Below, in pieces: positions 8,820 through 17,094 of a stretch of 64,000 nt of DNA. Made by a program: the position numbers and the translations under genes. The DNA comes from an uncultured Methanosarcinales archaeon (lineage in GTDB: Archaea; Nanobdellota; Nanobdellia; Woesearchaeales; ARS49): NCBI GenBank assembly GCA_964637115.1, contig CAZWVL010000004.1, positions 75,258-139,257 on the forward strand, given 5' to 3'. Position 1 is the stretch's first letter. Each line of letters starts with the position of its first letter. Under the pieces are notes generated by a model that was not told where the DNA came from, made no database searches, and worked only from the letters and a program-made list of their open reading frames with translations.

Positions 8820-10513
8820 AGGAATCCTCTCTGGCCAATAATGTAGTATTCGCCGATGTTTCTACAGTTTTTGCCGTCCCAGCATTGGTCTTCTGGGCAG
8901 CAGCCTTTTTGTTGTTCGTTTTCAAGAGGCGTCCATTTTGTTTGTTTTATGACAGTTGTTTCTATGTTGTTTGTAAAGTACCATTGACCTGATGGAATGC
9001 AGATTGAGTTGGGCTTGGTTCCAGTTAATAACGTGTTAAGGAGTGGAATTCCGCACGCCGGTTGTACTGTGATAGTTATGTCTGTGTCTTGCAGTATGGC
9101 CGTCATTGGTGTGTTAATGTCAGGATTGCATTTGTAATACTCGCCCCTGTGCGACAAAATCGTTTTTTGAGAATCTAGGAAAGTTCCGCTTGGAAGGAAT
9201 TCGTTGTTGTAGCATACTCCTGCTGTTCCAGTGCCCGCATACGGGTCTTCGTACGTGCGCAACGGATCGTCTGGTTCGCCGCAGCATTGTGTGCCTGTCC
9301 ATTTGAGTGCTGCATTTTCACAAGTGGCTCTGTCTTCAATTGACACGCTGAATATTCCGTTTGAATTGCAATAGTTTTTCTTTCCGTCAATGAGTATGTT
9401 CGCGCCCGGCTCTAATGCGGTCGGCGAATAGGGTGTTCCTCCGCCGCATTCAATGATGTTTTCTCCCTGGCAAATGTAATCGTGCTCCCCTATTTTGATA
9501 ATGCCGTTTAGCTGCTGGATTTTGTCTGCTGGGATAATGGTTTGCGGAATGTGTGTACACGTGTAGAATATGCTGCCATTGGATACAACTTTCATTACTG
9601 GGCAGCTTCCACTAAGCGGTGTGATTAATCCAATATCTCCAAGTGCTGCCCATTTCCAGAAGCTTTCTGCATCTTGACCGCAGACTGCTTGCTTGTCGGC
9701 ATACCATTGGCAACCGCTGGCCGGCAGGTAGCCTGCATCTCCGCAGCATTTTCCGTCAAACCAGTCCTTTCCTTCATCAAAGCAATCTTCTTCGTCGAAG
9801 TAGTCGCAGTGGGGATTACCATCAGCATCAGTATTAGAATCTGAGTTCAGACACGTATAAGTGATGTCGTTAAACCCTGATGTTTCTGTTCTGCTGGTTG
9901 AGCTCGAACCTGTTTGATCATCAAACCATATCGGTGCTTTTGTGGTTGAGCTGTACGCCTTTACTGTGCCATTAAAATTTGAAACATCGATTATTTCTCT
10001 TACTCGTTTCAGGTTTATGGCGTTTGTTCCTCTGAGAGAGAAAAGGTCTCGTACTATGGTTGCTGCTGCTCCTCCAACTTGCACAACTTTTGATATGGTT
10101 ATTTGTAAAGTCCCTGTATTGCGTGATCCTTCATATGAAAATACTACTGTGCTCACTGTCTTTCCATAAGTGAAGTTCACTGTTTGCGTTGGTATGTTTG
10201 CCAGATCTTTGCATATTTTTGAATCGTCTTGATTTTGTGCACATAACTTGACGGCCCCGCACTGATATGTCCTTCTAAAAATATTAAAACATATGGGCAG
10301 ATTTGCTACTGTTTGCAGTTGTTGAACAAATGGAGAATCCGGCAGGGTGAGCGTTGCGGTTGAAGGATAACTTGCTCCAATGATTGCAGTTGTTCCAAGG
10401 TTTGCAGTGAAATCCAGTTGCTTGCTTTCGTTGATTGAGATTGTGAAGATGGCATCTTCTGCAAGAACTGCTATGCTTAGTAATAGGAAAATGAATAGGT
10501 AAACAGACCGCAT
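8810..10513 (-). CDS. Secreted Cys-rich protein of unknown function (first gene of the surface operon)
   Basis: 567-aa ORF with signal MRSVYLFIFLLLSIAVLA|EDA. Recurrent CCG-type motifs (KCCGDAGY, TQCCGEPDD, KGCCPEDQCWDGKNC). An A/T-rich TATA-like stretch lies at ~10524-10535 just upstream. Confidence 0.75.
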   Translation of the reverse strand: MRSVYLFIFLLLSIAVLAEDAIFTISINESKQLDFTANLGTTAIIGASYPSTATLTLPDSPFVQQLQTVANLPICFNIFRRTYQCGAVKLCAQNQDDSKICKDLANIPTQTVNFTYGKTVSTVVFSYEGSRNTGTLQITISKVVQVGGAAATIVRDLFSLRGTNAINLKRVREIIDVSNFNGTVKAYSSTTKAPIWFDDQTGSSSTSRTETSGFNDITYTCLNSDSNTDADGNPHCDYFDEEDCFDEGKDWFDGKCCGDAGYLPASGCQWYADKQAVCGQDAESFWKWAALGDIGLITPLSGSCPVMKVVSNGSIFYTCTHIPQTIIPADKIQQLNGIIKIGEHDYICQGENIIECGGGTPYSPTALEPGANILIDGKKNYCNSNGIFSVSIEDRATCENAALKWTGTQCCGEPDDPLRTYEDPYAGTGTAGVCYNNEFLPSGTFLDSQKTILSHRGEYYKCNPDINTPMTAILQDTDITITVQPACGIPLLNTLLTGTKPNSICIPSGQWYFTNNIETTVIKQTKWTPLENEQQKGCCPEDQCWDGKNCRNIGEYYIIGQRGFLCQ

Positions 10514-10593
10514 TATCCCCCTCTTTTTATATAGTTAGAACTGGTTTTGCTTTATATATTTTCCTGACAGAATTCTGGGATAATGGCAGAATA

Positions 10594-11151
10594 CTATTTG
10601 AGGGCTTGCTGTGCTTGGTTTTCATCCATTCCCAGCTGAATAAAGAATGCTTTCAATTCTGCTGGCGCGCGCATTTCGTATGGGCTTATTGCAAAGCTGG
10701 CAATTTTTGTTGATGTTTTAAATTTTCTGCAGAAAGTTATATTTTGCATTATTCTGCCAAGCAGTTGCACTCTTTTTTGTCCATAAGTTTGCAGGATTGT
10801 TGAGAATGAAAATCCTATGCGTACTTTTTTCTCGGTTGCTAATTTGCACAATACCTGATTCATTCCTGATTCTCTGTAGTGTGTGTGGTCTTTTATTTCC
10901 TGCAGTTCAAACCCAACTACCATGTCTGCTCCTCTTTCAATTGCTTCCCTGCTTGCTGGGCAGATTGCGAGCACATCATTGTCCTTTGCTTTCTGAATGT
11001 GTTTTGGCTCAACAAGTAACGCATTGGCTACATCGCCTTCATAAAATTCTGATGGTTGTTTGTATGCAAATATTAGTCCTGAAATGCCGAGTTTTCTGGC
11101 CATTTCAATGAATTCGCTTTCATTCTTATTGGGAAACACAATGTCTATCAT
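10594..11151 (-). CDS. rnp3: RNase P protein component 3 (Rpp30 family)
   Basis: Protein ...MIDIVFPNKNESEFIEMARKLGISGLIF...GADMVVGFE...HYRESGMNQVLCKLATEKKVRIGFSFSTIL...FCRKFKTSTKIASFAISPYEMRAPAEL resembles the archaeal Rpp30 TIM-barrel pattern recalled from Pyrococcus. I start at the internal ATG (11149-11151) because the tracked start (11220) would overlap the divergent neighbour. Confidence 0.7.
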   Translation of the reverse strand: MIDIVFPNKNESEFIEMARKLGISGLIFAYKQPSEFYEGDVANALLVEPKHIQKAKDNDVLAICPASREAIERGADMVVGFELQEIKDHTHYRESGMNQVLCKLATEKKVRIGFSFSTILQTYGQKRVQLLGRIMQNITFCRKFKTSTKIASFAISPYEMRAPAELKAFFIQLGMDENQAQQALK

Positions 11152-11202
11152 GAAAATTTTTCTACGATAACTATTTAAAAGACTTTCGTCGATAAATGGA
11201 AT

Positions 11203-11895
11203 ATGCACGAACGTATTCAAAAGATTCTCGCACAGGCAGGCATTGCAAGCAGGCGCAAATGCGAAGATCTTATTGCAAAAGGCCGTGTTTTAGTAAATGG
11301 CAAAGTAGCTACGCTTGGGGAAAAAGCTGACGCAGAAAAGGATAAAATTGTTGTGAACGGAAAGCTGGTTGAAGTCCAAAAGAAAGTGTACATAATGTTG
11401 AACAAGCCCGGGGGCTACGTAACTACTGTCAGTGAAAAGCACTATATGAAAACAGTTATGGATCTTGTGAAGATTCCAGAAAGAATTTTTCCGGTTGGCA
11501 GGCTTGACAAGGATACCGAAGGATTATTGCTCCTGACTAACGACGGAGAATTGGCAAACAAATTAACTCATCCTCGTTATGAGGTTGAGAAAGAATATTT
11601 CGTTGTTGTTAACAGGCCTATTTCTGACAAGCACATGGAACTTCTGCAGAAAGGTATTGTGATTGATGGCAGAAGAGTGCAGATTCGCGGTATTGATGTT
11701 TGGGCTGCGAAAGCAATGATCCGGATTCACGAAGGAAGGAAACATATTGTTAGGAGGTTGTTTGAAAAAGTTGGTTTGACTGTTGTCCGCCTCTCGCGCA
11801 CGCGTGTTGGCAGGCTTGAAATTGGCAATTTGCAGCCCGGCAAATGGCGCCACCTTTCTGATGCGGAGCTTCGCAGGTTGCAGCACGTTAAATAA
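11203..11895 (+). CDS. Pseudouridine synthase, RsuA/RluB family (S4 domain + catalytic domain)
   Basis: N-terminal S4 motif RIQKILAQAGIASRRKCEDLIAKGRVLVNGK. Catalytic motif FPVGRLDKDTEGLLLLTNDGELANKLTHP. Confidence 0.9.
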   Translation: MHERIQKILAQAGIASRRKCEDLIAKGRVLVNGKVATLGEKADAEKDKIVVNGKLVEVQKKVYIMLNKPGGYVTTVSEKHYMKTVMDLVKIPERIFPVGRLDKDTEGLLLLTNDGELANKLTHPRYEVEKEYFVVVNRPISDKHMELLQKGIVIDGRRVQIRGIDVWAAKAMIRIHEGRKHIVRRLFEKVGLTVVRLSRTRVGRLEIGNLQPGKWRHLSDAELRRLQHVK

Positions 11896-11921
11896 GTCTA
11901 TTTAAATGGTTCTTCAGTAAG

Positions 11922-11930
11922 CTTTTTAAA
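11922..11930 (+). promoter_or_regulatory. TATA-box-like element upstream of eL34 gene
   Basis: CTTTTTAAA lies ~25 nt upstream of ATG 11954, a leaderless-type spacing. Confidence 0.4.
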
Positions 11931-11953
11931 CCCCCTCTTGTCCCCACGTCTAT

Positions 11954-12220
11954 ATGGTTACTGTTAGATATCGTTCAAGAACGTTCAGGCGTGTTTACTT
12001 AACTACGCCTGGCGGTACGAACAAGATACTGTACAAGCGGCGCAGAAAAGCTAAGCCGCAGTGTGCTCAATGCAGTGCTTTCCTTCCTGGTGTTGCTAGA
12101 GGCACGAAGACGCAAGTGCGTGCATTGCCGCGCAGTGCTCGCAGACCAGAACGCCCGTATGGCGGAATGTTGTGCAGTGCTTGCACTCGAAGAACGATTA
12201 TCGCAAAAGTTAGAGTTTAG
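11954..12220 (+). CDS. rpl34e: Ribosomal protein eL34
   Basis: MVTVRYRSRTFRRVYLTTPGGTNKILYKRRRKAKPQCAQCSAFLPGV... matches the typical L34e, including the Cys pairs. Confidence 0.9.
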   Translation: MVTVRYRSRTFRRVYLTTPGGTNKILYKRRRKAKPQCAQCSAFLPGVARGTKTQVRALPRSARRPERPYGGMLCSACTRRTIIAKVRV

Positions 12221-12247
12221 TTCCTGTAGTATCGGCGACGGCTACAG

Positions 12248-12628
12248 TTGATGGAGGAACAAAAAATGATTGAAATTGGAAGAGTTTGTGTGAAGATTGC
12301 TGGCAGAGATGCTGGCTTGAAGTGCGTTGTTGTTGAAGATCTTGGCAAGAATTTAGTTCTAATTGACGGCCAGACTAGAAGGCGCAAGTGTAATATTACT
12401 CATCTTGAGCCATTAGCTCAAAAGCTTGACATTGAAAAAGGCACATCTCACGAAAAAGTTGCTGCTGCTTTCAAGAAGGTTGAAGTTTCTATTGTTGAGC
12501 GCAAGTCAAAAGTAAAAGCTCCGGCGCAGAAAGTCACGCCAAGGGCTCAGGTCAAAGCAGCGCCGGCTGAAAAACCAAATGTTGCAAAACCAGCTGTGAA
12601 GAAAGTTCCTGAGAAGAAGGCTGAATAA
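12248..12628 (+). CDS. rpl14e: Ribosomal protein eL14 with K/A/P-rich C-terminal tail
   Basis: KOW-type core IEIGRVCVKIAGRDAGLKCVVVEDLGKNLVLIDG. Tail KAPAQKVTPRAQVKAAPAEKPNVAKPAVKKVPEKKAE. Confidence 0.85.
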   Translation: MMEEQKMIEIGRVCVKIAGRDAGLKCVVVEDLGKNLVLIDGQTRRRKCNITHLEPLAQKLDIEKGTSHEKVAAAFKKVEVSIVERKSKVKAPAQKVTPRAQVKAAPAEKPNVAKPAVKKVPEKKAE

Positions 12629-12700
12629 ATTCTCACACAATTAGTTTTGTTGTGATCATGAACCGAAACCTATAATACCTTTTATGCCTTCCCTAGGTCA

Positions 12701-12997
12701 ATGCAAGGATACTACGGGCCTGGCGGGGAAGCAATGCGGGATGTCTTTCTTGGCTCGTATCATCCGCTCTATCCGGAAAAAACCTCTTTCCACGATTTGA
12801 TGAAGCAGGGGCGTGCGCTGCGCAAGAAAGCCCATGAGGCGGTCAAGCCGGCCACAACCATAACTGCAGAGGATCTCCAGACGCGGCTTGATGCAACCGA
12901 CGCGCCTGTAATCGAAGTGCATCCCCAGTATGGTGCGCGCATCATCCCGGACGAAGAACGGAAGTTAAGAGATGACGCAGCACAAAAACGTTGCTGA
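12701..12997 (+). CDS. Hypothetical 98-aa protein inside a GC-rich island (coding status uncertain)
   Basis: ORF with atypical composition (my per-line counts give 53-60% GC) and codons rare elsewhere (CCG, GCG, CGC). ORFs are also open on the opposite strand (12698-12922, 12769-13017). I recognise no family. Confidence 0.3.
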   Translation: MQGYYGPGGEAMRDVFLGSYHPLYPEKTSFHDLMKQGRALRKKAHEAVKPATTITAEDLQTRLDATDAPVIEVHPQYGARIIPDEERKLRDDAAQKRC

Positions 12998-13035
12998 AAA
13001 GAAGGCTTAAATAGCAACGCTGGCTAAGTGCGCTC

Positions 13036-13923
13036 ATGGTTGCGACTTGGATTATTTACGCCCTATTGTTTCCTGCACTCATCGCATTTGTTAATGTTCT
13101 TGACAAATTCTTGATTGAAAAAAGAATACGTGATTATTTTTCACTGATGTTTGTTATTGGATTTATTTCGCTCGTTGTGGGATTATTGTTGACGTTCTTC
13201 ATATCGTGGCACGGAGCAAGTCTCAATCATGTGTTCCTGGGATTGTTTGCGGGAATGCTTATCGGAGTGAATTATTTCGTTTATTACAAAGCGTTAACGT
13301 TTGAGGAAGTGTCACGAGTGGTTTCAATTTATTACACAACGCCGATAATTGTTCTTTTCCTGGCTTCGATAATTCTTGGGGAATCTCTTCCCATTTGGAA
13401 ATATGGTGCAATCATACTAGCAACTCTCGGTGCAGTGCTCATTGGCATGGATCGCTTTGAGCGCATTCCTATTATGCGCAGGGGATTCTGGCTTATCGTA
13501 TTCAGTTGTGTCTTGATTGGGTTCATAAACATTAATGCAAAGTATCTGCTCAAGAACATATCACCTTGGAACGTGATTGCGTTGGAAACTCTTGGATTAT
13601 CGATTGTGCTGCTTATGCTGGTTTTTTCAAGGCGGGCACGGGTGAATTTAAAACAAACCATGAAGAATTTCCCGCTCATTTTAATATCAGAGTCCAGCAC
13701 GTATCTGTCGTGGCTATTCTTTAACATGGCTGCAGCATTGACTGAGGTTTCAAAAGTGAGCGCGATGGGGTCGTTGCAGCCGTTATACGTGCTCATCCTC
13801 ATGGTCTTGCTCAGTTCATTTATACCTCATATTTTGAAGGAAACATTTACGAAAAAGACGCTTGCGATTAAAGTAATCTCAATACTTATGATTGTTGTTG
13901 GAACATTCTTCGTAGCACTTTAG
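13036..13923 (+). CDS. EamA/DMT-family transporter
   Basis: 295 aa with about 10 hydrophobic segments in two similar halves, the typical drug/metabolite transporter architecture. Confidence 0.7.
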   Translation: MVATWIIYALLFPALIAFVNVLDKFLIEKRIRDYFSLMFVIGFISLVVGLLLTFFISWHGASLNHVFLGLFAGMLIGVNYFVYYKALTFEEVSRVVSIYYTTPIIVLFLASIILGESLPIWKYGAIILATLGAVLIGMDRFERIPIMRRGFWLIVFSCVLIGFININAKYLLKNISPWNVIALETLGLSIVLLMLVFSRRARVNLKQTMKNFPLILISESSTYLSWLFFNMAAALTEVSKVSAMGSLQPLYVLILMVLLSSFIPHILKETFTKKTLAIKVISILMIVVGTFFVAL

Positions 13924-15548
13924 AACAAAGCTGACAAATTAATCTCGCACGCAGCGACAGGCACTGTTAATCCAAATTTCTCGAGAACGATAGGGTGTAT
14001 TTCTCCTATGAAGCCGATTGGTCTTTTATTGACGAATATTCCTGCTGCCCTTCCTGGTATAAAGCAGTCTAGTTCGTATTCTTCGATTGAGTATTGAACT
14101 CCTGCATTTCGCAAAGTACTTTCTACTGCTTGTCGCATTTCAGTGAAAGTTGCACCTGAGTGTGCCGTTGCTGCTGCCAGGTGTTGTTCATCGTGTGTTT
14201 CTTTTTGCCGCACGGCGATGAGTCCTTGTTCAAAGATTTTTTGCGGATAATCAACGTGTTTGTTCTTTGACAAAACATCGAGCATTTGTGGCAGTATCAG
14301 CGTCCGAATGCAGCTATAAGTTTGTGAAATAAAGTTCTCTATCTCAACTGTGCCTGGATCATCAATATTCATCTTGTCGTAAAGAAGTTCTTTGTTGCAT
14401 AGCACTGGGCTCATTATTTCTTGGTAGCCGAGGCCTATCCAGAATACGCGTTGCGTGTCTATTTTCTGCTGCATTGCACTAGTGCTGCCTCGCGTGTATG
14501 AAGTTAGCGGCAGTGGTTTGAAGTTTTCATAACCGTGGGCAATACCAATGTCTTCTATGATATCGACTTCGCCCATGATGTCGTTGCGGTAGCTTGGTAT
14601 TGTTACAGTTCCAGAATTATAATTGTAGCCCGTTCTCATAAGTGCGTCTTTTATTTCGTTGCTTTTGAGCTGCAGGCCGAGCAATTTATCAACATTTTTC
14701 TCATTTAGTTTGATTGTCTTTGTATGTAGTGTTGGCGTAACAACTTTCTTGCCTGAATATTCGATAATGCACGGTTCTATCTTAAATCCTCTTTCAGAGA
14801 GCGCATACGCAAAAATGTTCGCAACCAACTGAACTGATTCTTCATCAGTTCCAGTCGTGTCGAAGAATATGCTGTCGTCTCCGGGCTTTACTTTTCCAGT
14901 CTGTTCGCTATTAATTATTGGAATTAAAGACATAATTTCTTTTTTCGCATCAACAAATACAGGATATACGCTTTCGTGTCGTATCAGATGTCCGTATTCT
15001 TTGCCTTTCGGGTGTTTTTCAAGTGCTTGTCTTAAGCTCATCGACTGGTGGAAATCTAATGGCGTGAATAATTCTGTAGGCGAAGCTGCTTTGCAGCTTA
15101 CTGGGAAAGTGATTGCTTTCAATGGATACACGCCAATGGAAATCTTCTGTCTTTTTCTGCCGAAGTTTTCAGCAAGTTTTTCTTGTAATTGTATGAGTTG
15201 TTTCAGCAAATAATCGTCTATTTTCTTGCCATAAGCTTTGAAGCAGGCGATGTGAGGTCTTATTTTGCTTAATCTTTTGTCATAGATGACTTTGTCTTTT
15301 GCCTTTTCAAGTTTAAGCATTGGAATGCCTTTTTGTTTGCCGAGCAATCCTCTGAACAATCGTGCAAGCCCTTCAACGCTCCATAAGTATGGCAGATTTG
15401 TGTCGTTGTACTTTACTGTCATTTCGTGGCCGAGCTTGGAATCTAGTTCTGCCTTTGCGCAGTCCAACAGTTGTATCAATTTCTTTTCGTCCAGCTTTTG
15501 CCCGACAAGTTTTTGTAAATCATCAGCTGAGAAAGTGATGGTTGGCAT
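13920..15548 (-). CDS. pheT: Phenylalanine--tRNA ligase beta subunit (archaeal type)
   Basis: MPTITFSADDLQKLVGQKLDEKKLIQLLDCAKAELD...YNDTNLPYLWSVEGLARLFRG matches the archaeal PheT N-terminus. It sits directly downstream of pheS. Confidence 0.92.
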   Translation of the reverse strand: MPTITFSADDLQKLVGQKLDEKKLIQLLDCAKAELDSKLGHEMTVKYNDTNLPYLWSVEGLARLFRGLLGKQKGIPMLKLEKAKDKVIYDKRLSKIRPHIACFKAYGKKIDDYLLKQLIQLQEKLAENFGRKRQKISIGVYPLKAITFPVSCKAASPTELFTPLDFHQSMSLRQALEKHPKGKEYGHLIRHESVYPVFVDAKKEIMSLIPIINSEQTGKVKPGDDSIFFDTTGTDEESVQLVANIFAYALSERGFKIEPCIIEYSGKKVVTPTLHTKTIKLNEKNVDKLLGLQLKSNEIKDALMRTGYNYNSGTVTIPSYRNDIMGEVDIIEDIGIAHGYENFKPLPLTSYTRGSTSAMQQKIDTQRVFWIGLGYQEIMSPVLCNKELLYDKMNIDDPGTVEIENFISQTYSCIRTLILPQMLDVLSKNKHVDYPQKIFEQGLIAVRQKETHDEQHLAAATAHSGATFTEMRQAVESTLRNAGVQYSIEEYELDCFIPGRAAGIFVNKRPIGFIGEIHPIVLEKFGLTVPVAACEINLSALF

Positions 15549-17069
15549 TTAGATCACCGGCGAGTTTCGTAAAAATGACAGGTCGTGCGAGAACAAATCA
15601 CGAATATCTTTGTATCCTAGTTTGAACATTCCTATTCTGTCTATTCCTAATCCCCAGGCGAGAACGCTGATATTTTTGCCAAGTAATGGTGCAACCACTT
15701 CTGGCCTGAAGATTCCTGCCCCGCCCAACTCTATCCACCCAAGTTGTGGGTGTTTTGCATATAGTTCTGCTGATGGTTCGGTGAATGGGAAATATCCCGG
15801 TACTATTCTGATTTCTTCTGCATCTGCAAATTCTTTTGCGAACATTTCTAACAGCCCGACTAAGTGTCTGAACGTTAGTCCTTCTTCTATGATGATTCCT
15901 TCTGTTTGGTTAAAATCTGGAAGATGTGTTGAGTCGATGACATCATGTCTGAATACTCGTGTAATGCCAAAGTACTTGCCAGGTGTTTTCAAATCTTTTG
16001 ATGCCAGCATGCGTGCTGAGCACGCAGTGCCTTGTGTTCTTAGGACGTGTCTGTGTGTTCTTTCAGCATCAAATGCGTACTTCCATCCCGTGCTTCCTGT
16101 AATGCCGTGTTCGTGTGCTGCTTGTACTTTTTTGACTAGTTTCTCGTCCAGCTTGCCGTATTTTGGCTCTGCAGTATAATACGCGTCGTGAATATCTCTT
16201 GCAGAATGGAATTGTGGCATATACAATGAATCCATGTTCCAAAATTCCGTTTCTACCAGTGGTCCGTCCATTTCTTGGAAGCCGAGTGCCACAAATTTTG
16301 CTCTGACCCATTCTAGGAATGCTCTGTATGGTTGTTTTTTTCCTCCAGAAACTTCTGGCACGTTTATCATAACATCATAGCGCCTGAACGTTTTGTTTTT
16401 CCACGTACCTTCGCGTAAAAGTTGCGGCGTTATAGTATCAACTATATTCTCGTCCCTTACTCCGACAGAAACCAGTTTTTTTCCTAAATCAGTGAGTTTT
16501 GCTTTTTTTATTCTTTTGATTTCCACTTGCACGAGGTCTTTTCTTTTTCTCAGTTGTTCGAGTGCTTGTTTTTCTTCTGCTTTAAATTCTGATATTTTTG
16601 CCGGGAAATGTTTTTTGAGGAACTTTTCTTCTAAAAATTCTGTGTTGAGAAGTCTTTTTCCGTTGTCTGTTATTTTTACAATCAAATCTTTTTCTTTAAT
16701 TAAAGTAATTGCGCCTTTTTGTCTCAGCAATCCAAGGCAGATGTTTACTTCTTCCTTGTTTAGTCCTGTTTTGTCGGCTAACTTTCCCAGCGGTATGTCT
16801 TTTTCTTTGATAGTTAGGAGAAATCTTCTCTCAGGCAGTCCTTTTTTCAGGTATTCTTGTCCGTTTTTGCCTAGAATCACGAGTTCCTGAGGTTCTGTTT
16901 CAATAGTTACTGCTTTTTTATTCTCGAGCCATTGCAGTGCTCGCATGGCTTCGACATCTTTCAGCCCTGCTGCAGAAGAAAGGTCTTCTAAGTATGGATG
17001 CCGTTCTAATTCTGGCAGCACTCGTCTCTCATACGGGTGCAGGCCTTGTATAAGTTTTTTGATGTCCAT
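15549..17069 (-). CDS. pheS: Phenylalanine--tRNA ligase alpha subunit
   Basis: Class II motifs FRHDVIDSTHLPDFNQTEG, PGYFPFTEPSAE and GGAGIFRPEVV...AWGLGIDRI. Confidence 0.95.
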   Translation of the reverse strand: MDIKKLIQGLHPYERRVLPELERHPYLEDLSSAAGLKDVEAMRALQWLENKKAVTIETEPQELVILGKNGQEYLKKGLPERRFLLTIKEKDIPLGKLADKTGLNKEEVNICLGLLRQKGAITLIKEKDLIVKITDNGKRLLNTEFLEEKFLKKHFPAKISEFKAEEKQALEQLRKRKDLVQVEIKRIKKAKLTDLGKKLVSVGVRDENIVDTITPQLLREGTWKNKTFRRYDVMINVPEVSGGKKQPYRAFLEWVRAKFVALGFQEMDGPLVETEFWNMDSLYMPQFHSARDIHDAYYTAEPKYGKLDEKLVKKVQAAHEHGITGSTGWKYAFDAERTHRHVLRTQGTACSARMLASKDLKTPGKYFGITRVFRHDVIDSTHLPDFNQTEGIIIEEGLTFRHLVGLLEMFAKEFADAEEIRIVPGYFPFTEPSAELYAKHPQLGWIELGGAGIFRPEVVAPLLGKNISVLAWGLGIDRIGMFKLGYKDIRDLFSHDLSFLRNSPVI

Positions 17070-17094
17070 AAAGAAGAAAAAATGAAAAAAAGAA

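Noticed and set aside
12630-13035. SRP (7S) RNA or RNase P RNA in the GC-rich island
   Set aside because: - I found no GGAA-tetraloop/AGCA helix-8 signature.
- There is no GGAAAGUCC (only GAAAGCCC).
- There is no convincing long-range helices by eye.
- It is kept only as an untested alternative in the finding.
13332-13802. 156-aa minus-strand ORF
   Set aside because: It is antisense to the EamA transporter gene, and no independent support exists.
15610-16890. 189-aa and 165-aa plus-strand ORFs
   Set aside because: They are antisense to pheS, which has unmistakable class II synthetase motifs.
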